This document shows positions 23,771 through 36,123 of a DNA stretch of 64,000 nucleotides, piece by piece (positions within the stretch are counted from its first letter, which is position 1; each line of letters begins with the position of its first letter). This DNA comes from Lytechinus pictus. Lineage: Eukaryota. The notes below the pieces were generated by a model, which made no database searches, was not told the origin of the DNA, and worked only from the letters and a program-made list of their open reading frames with translations. The position numbers and the translations under genes are program-made. The DNA lies in NCBI RefSeq assembly GCF_037042905.1, contig NC_087259.1, positions 18,228,001-18,292,000 of the forward strand. Reading direction: 5' to 3'.

Positions 23771-26167
23771 ATATAACCTATTAAACATTTGAAAGTAGGG
23801 AAGGTTGTAAGCGTGGTAAGTATTTACTAATTTGTACTCAGATCTGAATCTCTATAATATATTGTATGATACGTATGTTTTAAAGCATTTGAAAAGTAAA
23901 ATTCAGTGGTTCCATAAAAACGCAAGGGTGAGAGTAGTGTGTATATGACTGAGCAATCATTCACAACTTGTATCACTGTCCATTAACGCCACATCAGAGA
24001 GGTGTTTCGTAAAAGGGTAAGTTCACCCCGACAACAAGTTTGTTGTAAAAATAGTGAAATGATGTTTCTTGTGATAAACTGAAAGGAACAATAAAAACCA
24101 TTTTCAGTTTTCTGAGAGAATGACAATTTATTGATATTATTTTACCATACGATGTGTACGACAGCCTCTCGCATATCAAATAATTAGTATGCTAATAACG
24201 TTTTTATTCTTTAATGGATTTTCCTCAGCCTTCGCCAATACTTTTTTCTTCAATTTTTGCAATAAACTTTTTTGTCAGGGTTAACTTCCCCTTTAAGGGA
24301 TATGCTCAATCTTTACGATTGATTGTAATTTTTTTGTAAGCTGTTTGCCCTAGAATTAAGTTACAGGCACACCTGTGAAAGCGACTCCAGACCGACAAAG
24401 GCTATTACGTATTAATGACGACATACTGTATCATCGATCGGTTTAGAGTCCGTTTGTTGGTATGACTGCATGGGGAATTACAGGCATAGGCGAAAATGCC
24501 AGGGGGGACGTGTCCCCCTACTCAAAATAGTAGGGGGGACACAATATCAAATGTCCCCCCACTATTTGGGGTCTTTTATGATAGTAAGAAATACATCATT
24601 CAAAATCGAAATAAAACGTGCATTTTAGGACGAGATGACCTTACATTTTTTTTTGCTTGTCAAATATATTTTCGTCTAAATGACCTTAAATTTGGAGTGC
24701 TAATCTTTTATATGTTATAGGAAATGGGGCCGAATAGTTTTAAGAAATTTGCTTGGTTAAAAAACAATATCAATTTTTCTTAACTTGTATTTTTGTTATT
24801 ATTCTTAGGTATAACAATACATGTTGTTTTGTTGATTCGTTATGTTTACTACCTCTGTATATGTTATTGCATATTTCTGATGTTAATGCAGAAATCAAAT
24901 AAAATAGAATTTAAAAAGACCGTTGAAGTTGTATGAATGGACAATGCTTCTCTTAATCATTGACAGACGTAAATTTACGAAACAACTTTATTCAAATGCT
25001 TACGTCATTATTCCTGTTAAACATTCAGGTAGAAAAACGAAAGAAGAGTCAATAATTGGATTTGACGTTTGTTTATTCTTGAAATATGAAATGAAGATAT
25101 AGATTATGTACCATATAATTATAAATAAACACAGGTTTCCTGCAATGCAATTATTCTGAAATTGTTATACGTTCAACGAGTTCAATTGCATCATACGATT
25201 TGTGTTACATTAACCCAAATTGTTAAGTTTGATTGAATGAAACTGTCAAGGTAATGTGCCCAACAAATAAAACTAGATTAATGATTCCCTCTCCAAGTAA
25301 TTCAGTGAATATGCTAGTTTTCACATCTTCTAGAACAGGTATAATAATAAAACAAAAATACAATAACGAAACCATAACAAGAAATCAAGCCAAACAAATT
25401 GGTATATATCTTCTTATAACCCCAGACGAACACTTAATAAACACAATATAAATATATATATATGTATTGTATATATGAACAAGTCAGTCAATATGTCCTA
25501 ATTAAATGTGTGACTGATTAAAGCTTCGTTGATGCATAAATTTCGCTAGAAATAAGGAAGATATCATTCGATCAGAAACAAAATCAAACCAGTAGTAATT
25601 GTATTATATACACCCTTCATACCCCTTAATGAAAGGAGAAACCATTGTATCAGTATTGATTACTTTTTATACGTGTCCCCCCCCCCCCCCCGATGCAAAG
25701 AACACGGTAACAATTGAGCGATTTGAATTAATACCCGCTTTTACGGGGCAAAATCATTAATACAAACCCCTCAAATAATTATTTTTTAGCATTTTCAATA
25801 CATTTCTCCTTGACGAGACTCTTCTTTTATAGCGATTAACCATTTTATTTACCAGCTTGAAAAAAAAAATAGGAGAAATAGCATCAATTTGGGAAAGGTG
25901 AGTCTAAATTTTAAAATAAATGTTTAGGCTTTTCATTTATTTCTCTTCCTGTTCTTTTTCTCGTAAGAAAATTGTTCTGAAAAAAACAATTCATATGTAG
26001 ATATTTTTTTCACCAGTGACCCCTTTGGGTGGAAAATATAGGAACATTATATCACCCCATTCATTAATTAAAATAATCACTGTTCCATATTACGAAAGAG
26101 ACATTCCTGGACATCAACATAAATACCCGGGGGGGGGGGGGGGGTTCTGACCCTGTTAATGGCTAAT

Positions 26168-26574
26168 GGGCGATTTCATACGTGTCGTACGGGGAATTTT
26201 GACAACAATTTATAGTTTCCTAGCCGAATGCTTGAGCAATACAATATTCTTTTTTTTTTTTAATCTATGATAAAGCTATAGTGAGAAGTCATGTGAAAAA
26301 CTAATAACCAACACACACAAAAATTGATTATGGTTAAATTAAAGGTGAAAATGTTGTGTGTCGTACGGGACGCAGAAATGTCCCGTACGACACGCAACAT
26401 TTAAAGCTCTAATTCACCTATGGACAACACATTTTTGTTGCTTGTCATTTTTTTGCATGTCTACCCAGTAGTACTTTGATGTTACCACAAAGCAAATTGA
26501 AGTTCTTCGCTCGTTTGGACAGCAGGTTGAAAAATGTTGTGAAAATGGCTGATTTTTCTAGCATGGAATCGCCC
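26168..26574. mobile_element. MITE (GGGCGATT...AATCGCCC)
   Basis: TIR plus internal GTGTCGTACGGG inverted motif; truncated second copy at about 59040-59323. Confidence 0.75.
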
Positions 26575-28449
26575 TAATGCGTATGTCGCCCAAGTTTACA
26601 GTTTGCTAGATAACAAGAAAAACTAGTAGTAACAATTTAACAAACATAGAATGAAGTATGAAGTGTATATTTCCTACTGTTTCACTCTGAGGAAATCCGA
26701 ATACAAAGTATTAGGGATTGGCAATGTGCCTTTGATATCAACTAGTAAAGACCATCCATATAGAGAGAAACGTGTAAAACGACATGACCATTGACCTTAA
26801 TACATCTCTTGAATGAAGTTTAATGACCATTTGCATCAAAATGGTCTGAGATATCCGAAAGGCGTTTAAATGCTTTACATTAATTACAACGACCCAGTGA
26901 AATTCTATTATGTTAAATAAAGTCATATATCACACCGTTAATTAACATTGCACATTTGAGAAACAGTTCCTCGACAAAAGCATGACAAAACATTTTTGTG
27001 CTAATAATATACAATATGAAATGTGTGATAAATATTTTTTTTCCTAGAAAACATTAAAATGACCCCTAAATTTTGCAGAGGACCATGCGTTACTGTCGTT
27101 CATAAAAATATAATAAAAAACTAACGTCCACATAATAACTCTGGAAATGCTGCTTAGTCTACCGAGACTAAACATACAATACTTGAATTGAGAAAGCAAA
27201 GAGGGTGTTTACCTCGCCTAGTTTTTAAAAAGCATTTAAAAAGTGATATGAACCGCTTTTCGAGTGACTAAAACCAAATTGAGAAACTGTTAAAAGTCAT
27301 ATTAAAAAAAATATTGCAAAGATTTATTTAAAAAAAAGTCCTTGTGAATTAAAAATTGTGCCTTCGTGGTGCGATTTTTTTGAGCATCTGATTAGATTAA
27401 AAGAACGACCATTTAACACTTAAACGTATACGTTATGATAAAACAACACTTGCCATCACATATCAAACTAGAACAAGTTTAATCAATCATGTCGAATTTT
27501 AAATAGTATGTAAATTTCCACTAAAAGCGCAATATATGGGAGGGAGCTCATGCAATTAAAATGGGGTCTCTGTACTCGATTCTGGACGACTCCTTGATCT
27601 ATACCATAGTTGTTCTTCGTTCCATTTTGTCTAAGACAACCAAACCCTTTAACAAATCATCACTTGATCTACGATGGTCACTTTGTGATAATCATTTCAC
27701 CCAAGGGTTGAATACTCTCGCGACCAATTTATCTAAATTTTTACCTGACCATTTGATCTAATACTAGTTCTTCAAATCATGTTCTTGACGTCACGGTGGT
27801 CTTCGTCAAAATGTGCACTGCACGAGAGACATAGCCAAGTGGAATTTCTTGAAATGACCAACTTTGCTCGGTGGCAACAATTACGTTTTGGACAAAATAG
27901 ATCAGATCAAGCAAGATTAAACAAAAAATAAGACATATTTGGATTAGACCAATTATAGTAAATTCACCGATAAATGATGCACATTGCTTTGCAGAATAAG
28001 CTTACTCTTGAAATCTAAACTAAAGTTGACAGACCCGTACAGAAGACAAAACTGATGGTCGACTTGAATTATTGTTAAATGTACCCTCGTCAGAAGTAAT
28101 GGTTACCAATCCTAGGCAGGCTTGGGTAGTTATGACCATCTTCTAACATGAGCTGACGACGATACTGAAGAAGAGAGAAAATGAATATTTAACACAATAC
28201 AAAACTAATAATCTCGATGTCATCGCACCTTATTTCTTCAACCTTCACTAATAATTGGTTTAAATTTGATTAGATTGGTATAAACAGAATTATAATAGTT
28301 CACTAGACTGCGTCTAGACAGCAAGGTGAACATGATGAATTCTAAATCAGAGGTACGGACAGGCAGTTCAGATTACACTGATGTTGCTTAAAGTGACTTT
28401 GGCATGTTGTATTCAAACATTTCATCTGATTCAAAATGATGATGGAGGC

Positions 28450-29267
28450 CTACATGTTTATGGATTTATTTTGAACATAATTTTGGGCGTGTGTTTTGGA
28501 ACTTACCATTTGGTGACGCCTCCTGTCATCATATTTGTCGCGATGTTCTTTAGGAGGTAATGTGGCGAACGGGTTGGGTAGTGGGTACTCTAAAGCCATA
28601 CGATAATCCAATGGGTGTTGATGACTGGAATATTGAAGGGCTAAACGATGGCGATCGGGAAACTGCAGGGCTAGTCGATGACGATCGGGATATTGCAGGG
28701 CCAGTCGACTGCGATTGGGATATTGTGGACCTAGTCGATGACGACCAGGGAATTCCAAAGAGAAATAGTTGTCTGGATATGCGAGGTCGCTACGTTGACG
28801 ACTGGAATATCCAAATTGACCAAGCTCTATGTCGCGCATGAGGTGGAAATTCTGGTTAAGTGGTTCCTCCGATCGGAATACGGCGTTCGGAACATTCTGT
28901 ATTTGAGTTATATTGTTATGTTTAGGGCGTGTGTCCAATCCTGATCCATGTTCCCTAAACTCTACCAGACTCAATGGATGAGGCTCTTCCGCCGTAACCA
29001 CGCGGTTATCATCTTCACGCGTGTATTTTACCAGAGCTAAACTGTTCTGTGCAGGAGGTGGATTTCGGCTTTCTGGAGTGGAGTATACGACGATATCATT
29101 GTGGATATAATTTTGAATGTTCTGTTTTTCGGCCTTCTTCAATTTACTCGTAGATACTATACAGCAGATGAATAAGAGTATCATTCCAATGAAAAGTACA
29201 ACCAGGACACCAATAACGATGGATATAATGATGGTGATGGATTCGGAATTTGTTACATCAACATGAT
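28450..29267 (-). CDS. Exon 24: transmembrane helix and cytoplasmic tail
   Basis: [28 protein letters not shown] followed by STSKLKK; about 230-aa tail ending KSINM-stop. Confidence 0.88.
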
Positions 29268-32200
29268 CTGTAAGTTGAAATAAGCAGATGGTAAGTAGGC
29301 TGGTAGAAGGTAAAAATAATGGAACAAAAGTGCACGAGGTATAATGGTTTATGGTCGCTTCCCAAGAAGTTGTGAGATTCCACCATCGTCATGATCGTAC
29401 ATCTTACTCGACCCCCAAGTTGCTCCATGCCTACACCAATACGCGCATTAGCCCATATGTACACATACAAACATCAGACTCTCGCTCACCCTCGCATAAT
29501 ATTCTCATCCACACCCTAACCCATCAGTAAATTGCCAATTCGTCTATTGCCAACTCGTCTACTCATCGCATGGTCTTCCTTCGTTTAGTCTAAGGCTATT
29601 CCATCCATCAAATTATTCAAAACGAAAATTGTAAATATATATAATGATAAATCCGTACAGCAAATGGAAATGGTCATTTTCAGTGGGGTAATAGTATATT
29701 TTTAGTCCAATAGTGACACCACGAGCCCCCCCCCATATTCCCTCCAGTTACTGTTTCTTTACCTCTTTCGCACAACCTTCCAGTGCCCGCACCAGGAGGT
29801 GAGATGTCTAGGAAGCCTTGGAGACAGGTGCAGGAGAATGACCCGGGTTCGTTGATGCATGTTGCCAAGGGTGAGCAGTCATTCTGGTCGGCAGAGGTGC
29901 ATTCATTTTGATCTGAGGAGATGGAAGATTTGAGGAGCATAGAATATATCGAGAGAGTAGGGGGAGGTTGTCAAAAGAAAGGAGAATGGAAGGAGAGAGA
30001 AGAAATGGAAGAATAACGGGAATAAGATGAAGAAGAGGACGAAGAACAAGAAGGAGAGGAAGAAGAAGAACGAAAACAAGGAAGAGGATATGATGGAAGG
30101 AGATAGAAATGGGATTAGATGGAAAGAAAATGGGAGTGGAAAACCGAAAGAGATACAGCGGTACGTCAAAATTCAAGATAACATTTCTAGATCATCTCAG
30201 CACTAACTTGTTTCCCAATATGCATAGTGACATCGAACACCAATGATAAAAGGGAAAACACCTTTCTGTAGGAATATTCAAATTATGAAAACCCAGATCG
30301 ATATTAAAATGGTCCCTAATCAAGGAAAATTTAGTGACAGACATTTTATCAATAGAGCGACCGCATTGTTAGCCAGCAAAATGATGTAGGTCTACCCCCC
30401 CCCCTAAAAAAAAACCCATTGTAACTGGGCTGGAAGGCATATAAGGTTCATTTCCAACGTTTTCTTACCATCAATCATCATGCTACTAGGGTCAACACTG
30501 ATTATATCTTGACCAGCTAAAATCGTCCCGCTCCCTAGACCTCTCGTAACGGCGGTTATAACCGCAGCCTGAGTTGAACCGACCGCAGCGACAAGATCAA
30601 ACTCTGCGATGACGCTTCCGGCACGAAATGACGTCAATGATACGTCCAATATATTCAAAATTACTGACAGGAGCTAAAGGATAAAAATATGTAAAATGTT
30701 TAAAGAAAAAATTACATCGCTAGGATTTATTACCATACAATTCGACAACATTCAGCCACACTCCTAAAGACCATGAAGACGTACAAGTACAACATTCGTT
30801 CATTGCAACACCTGTTTACGTTTTCTAAATCCCTACACATTAGCAAGAATAGATTTAAATTCATTTTTTTCCTCCAAAAATACATCGTCATTTGACCTTC
30901 CTCTCACTAAGAATATGAAATAAAGGCACTTTCCTTTGCAAGATTTGGATGCTGGTATATCCCTCCACACTTTTTTTTCTTCAAAATCCCCCGAGACCAT
31001 TAGCTTTGATCTTTCCCTCACCAAGAATATAAAACAAAAAGCCCTCTTTCTTTGCAGAAATGGGATGGTACTACGGCTAATCCTAGATCTATAGGTGTTT
31101 TTTTATTTTTTAGTAAAAAGACAACATTTTACCAATTATCAACGAAATAAAGATAATGGCTTATATCTTTCCAGTCGTTCTAATGTGCGATATACGGCAA
31201 AACCCTTAATTTCCCAATGCAATCATGTGAACGTGTTAAATTTCCAACCCCGTATACTCTCCAACTTAGACGTCTAAATGTGAAAGGAGATACATAAACT
31301 TAGAAAGAGCTGGTGTAGGTACTTTTCAACAATATCGCTACTCATCCGCCATCAGAAAAGGCGTCGCGTCGTAGACGACGTTCATTAAAATGTCCGAGAG
31401 TAGTATCTCAGCACCATGTACAATCAACCCCACTCATGCCGTAGTCACACCGGTTAAATTGACTCCAGACCAACCAAGTCTATTACGTAATTATCAATGG
31501 CATACCCTTGGTCAGTATGGAGTCTTATTCGTTGGTGTGACTGAAGATGGCGCCTTTTATGTAAGGTCGATTTCCGTAGATAATGCCTTCCTTCGATGCG
31601 TTGAAGATGTATTGTTACATCATTATCCTCATCACTGCAATGTTATAAGTTTTAGGGAAAGGTTATGTGGAATCCTCACCGTGCCTCGAAGCTGTTGAGC
31701 TAATTGTTGAAACCCTTCCCTCGAGGGATCAGCCAGAGCAGAAGTGTAAAGCAAAGGCGATCCGTTGATAGATATAAAACGCAGTGAACCTTTGTACGTT
31801 TCAGTTGCTTGAATAAATAGAAATCAATGCAAGGTAAATAATATAATTTTCATATACATATAATCACGAATACTTTCATAAAATAAAAATCATATGGACT
31901 TATGATTTTTCCAATATATATCAATATTAGTATTATGATTATTATCAGAGTTAAAATAAAAAAAAGTGATTACTGACCATCGTTATTATTATCATCATTA
32001 TCATCACATTTTCTATCATCATGGTTTAATACAAACTTTTGGTAACCTCATGCAGCCATCGGAAATGAAACAAAAAAATCAATCAATATCTTCGTTATCA
32101 TCGTCACATTTCCCAAACAACTCCATCGTTCAACAAACTAAATGCAAAGACCGGTAGGAAGAAAAGGTTATAAATCTAAAAATCTAGTAAAATAAATAAG

Positions 32201-35200
32201 AGAACTACATATAGAAAGATTGTGTCGGGGACAAAGGGTAAAGAGAGGGAGAGAGAGAGGCGAAGTTGGAGGTAGTACTTGATATTCTTACCTTGGCAAA
32301 CTCCATTTCTTTTGAGGTATCCAAGTCTGCAAGTACATAACCCAGAAGTACTACATATCTCATGACCTAGTGTGAAGCACTGGTCGTCATTTTCACAGGA
32401 CGCCATCACTAAAGAACGAGAGAGAGGGAGGGGTTATATTGAGATAGAGGAATATAGGAAAGAAATAGAGGAAAGGATTAGGACAAATAAGAGGGGGAAG
32501 GGGGGAATGGACGGCAGAAAAAAAAAGAGAAAAGAGAGAGAGTATCTGGAGTACTGAATTATCAATCGATGAAAGAGCAAGAGGTTGATTCGGGGCAATA
32601 AGTTAAATTTCGTTCTTATTTCTACGTAGTCTTTATACGTAGAGAGTACAGTTATACAGTTGAGAGTCGAATTGATTCGAGTCAAATGACCCATTTTACC
32701 GTGACGAGTGAATTACCGGTTAATGCCACCCCATTCTCACTCAAATTTATTCAAAAATGTATAATGATTATATTATGACGTAAGACTTACTCGATTCACA
32801 GTACTGTCCTTCGTAGCCCGTAGCACACTCACAGGTAAACATATCTTTGAAGTTTCTACACGTACCGCTATTAAAGCATGGCTGAGAAAGACACTCGTTG
32901 ATATCTGATTTTGGAAAAGAGATAAGATATAAATTCATTCAATATTTCATTCATTAAATAGGTTTGGATATCTTCAATAATTCATTAAGGGAGAGAGATA
33001 GAGATACCATGAGAGAAAATGATCAGAGATAACATGGACAGAAATGATGCAGAAAGAAATACGTAAGGGTGGTCTGAACGAGGAAGATTTTATTATTTTT
33101 TTTTTTCTTTCATAGAAAGATTTTATTCAAAATCAAACACGAAATCAATTCAATTTACAGAAAAATCATGAAGCGAACATGTTTACAACAACTGTACATG
33201 CGTACTATTATCTATTGATAAAACAAAATTATGATGTTTTTGACTAAGAACCCTTTCAATTTCACAATAGCGTTTCAATACGTTCTTAAAAGAACTAAAA
33301 CACAACCGATCTCCCTTACAACGTGTCGAAAAAATAAAATATTTAGCGTAAAGAATATAACGGTTTACAGTAGAGTATTGAGCGTCAGGGGCAACCAAAC
33401 AAAAGTAAATTCTTATTAAAATACACGTCATTGTTAAAAAAAGAGGTTTGGAAGTTTTGAATGAATTGTTGAGTTACAGGGCAGTCCCAAAACAGATGTG
33501 AAATGCTTTCAACAGAGGAAGAACAAAATGTACATAAATTAGATTCAGACAAGCCAATATCGTAAAGATGAACGAGGAAGATGCTCAAGACAGAAAACAG
33601 GAGAAAGGGGCAAGTGATATCATGGTCATGATTATGCGAGATTCAGTAATCTAATATCAAAAGGAAAGCGCTGACTTAAAATAATTTCATTTTAAACAGT
33701 GTGAACTGCTAATTACCGTCACATATCCTTCCATCACTCTGGGTAGAGTCTGTATACCCAGATAGGCAAACGCAGTCGTATCCACCGGGTGTGTTGGTGC
33801 ATTCAGCAAACGGAGAGCAATCATTTAACGACGAATCGCTGCACTCATCGATATCTATATATAAAATAACAAAATGACAAAAACAATTTTTTTTTAATCC
33901 AGATGCTCAAAATAGTATGCTTTATCTTTCGTGTCTCAAACATTAAGAAACAAGAGCTGCACTGACTTAAACATGTTAAATCAACTCTTTTGTGCTACTG
34001 CATTTTTTCTTCTTCTAATTGGCACCGATTAATTTGATTGTAAAAAAAACCTGTGATATGGGGTCCTGATCTCCTCTGTCCGACTAGAATAGGGTCAACT
34101 ATGACGTGAACAGGTTTGGGTTCTCATATGATTCTAAAGATGCTCTACTAGTTTGACTAGAACTTTTGCCGCTACACACTGGACTCTGTAATCTACCAGT
34201 CTTATCTGTCTATTAAATCTGTATAATATTTGTGATGAAATAATTACACTTTCTTACCGATGCAGAGCGTTCCTGGTCCATCTATGGAGTCTCCTTGATC
34301 TACAAATCCTTGAAGACATGTGCACTGATAGGAACCAACCGAGTTGTTGCAGGCAGAATAGACAGAGCAAGCGGAGTATTCTGTCTCATTGCATTCATTC
34401 AAATCTAAATGAGAAAGATATGTTCAACGTCATTTCAATCTTTTTTTTTCGAGGACGAAAAAAATTACTTTCTTTCTTTTCTCTTAGCTTTCCTCCCAAT
34501 TTTCCCAGTTTCTCCTCAGTGCTCACTCTTTTCACTGCTTTGAAATGGTAAGGGGATTTGACTTTCATCCCAAGCATCCCATCCTTACAACCCAAAATAA
34601 AGTTCGCACGTATCCACCATAAAGTATTTGTATAGTCCATGCAAAAGGAATTTTGTATACGGACTTTAAGAAAAACTGGGTAAGACACTACTTTTTACAC
34701 TGCGTTCAATTAGACAAAGATTGTGTTTAAGATGACGACGCCTAGCTATAACGTCAACAAATCGTTCTACAAAATTCATCATCCACAAAAATGTGTGAAC
34801 TTTCTTTTTCATTAACTTGCCTTAGAATTTAATATAATCAATAATTTTGGTATTGACAGACTATTGATAAAATACCAATTTGATGACAAAATTAGGATAT
34901 TTTTTACAGAAGAAAAATTTATCTGTCTTTCGAGCTTTAAGCGCTCCATTTTAATTCATCATTATTGAGAGCCATGTTGTACCTTGAACAGCAATAGAAG
35001 TAACATTCACTGTGAAAGATGAGTTTCCAACCGACAGGTCATCGGCGGCAAAGTAATAATTATCCGTCATTAGTTCATAAATCATGACGTCATTTGATGT
35101 ACTGTTCGGGTCAAGAACGATGTCGGCCTCCACTACGGAATTTCCGTTCAAAAATGATTTGATGTCGACGCTTACGACAGAGTTCACGAATATTTCCCAC

Positions 35201-36090
35201 CTTGATAACCGATGGTTAATCTGAAAAAAAGACCAATCACAGTAATTCTCCCTTTTAATTGGGGTTGATTTGTTCAGTCTATTCATGATAAATGAAAAAA
35301 AAAATCAAAGCTTTATATCATATCATATCTATCTTGGGTTAAAATCTGTCCAATCTAATTGAGGTTTGGGACAAATCCTTCATCTTTAAACATTTAAGCA
35401 TGGGGCTCCATGACTTAAGTGTCTTTTCAGATTCGTCTCCAAGTACCATTGTCTTCTCAATCTCATTCTTATCCAGTGTGACGTCACATCGGCATAAAAT
35501 ATCCAATAGAGAGATATAAAAAAAGCCCAAGTGTAATTAAGTATCTTGTCAGATTTATACTAATAATACAAGTCACCTGTTCGAACCCTTTGATACATGG
35601 TTATCACGAAGACTTATTGTTTACAATCGCAACTATTCGCAAAGAACATACTGAAATAATGAACTCAGTCCTCTTCGTCAATTCATAACGATATAATTGC
35701 TGTTATGAAGGGTGTGTGTTTTCCTACCGCATATTCTAGTTCTTCCGTTATCACTCCAATGCTAGTGTTAAGGAAGTCAAGGTATTTCACAGGTGACCCG
35801 TTGATCTCTGTCAGCTCAAAACTCATATCAAACCGTCTGGGAACTAATACAAAATATAATATATTCATTGTGGTTGTGTTAATGAATTAGCAGCATACGA
35901 ACACAAGAAAACCACCATCAACTTTACCATTTCATTAATTCTTAACACTATTACCACTACTCATACAACAATGACTACCATTTATACTTTTGCTGGTTTG
36001 CTGTTACTACTTCTACTACCTCGAATACAACTACTAATACCACCACCACCACTGTTACTACAACAGCCACTACTACTACTACAACAACTT

Positions 36091-36123
<33 letters not shown>

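Noticed and set aside
28560-28944. Plus-strand ORFs with D/G-rich repeats
   Set aside because: Antisense shadows of the terminal coding exon of the minus-strand gene.
29808-30176. Hydrophobic Leu/Phe-rich ORFs resembling TM segments
   Set aside because: Low-complexity purine/pyrimidine tract in an intron.
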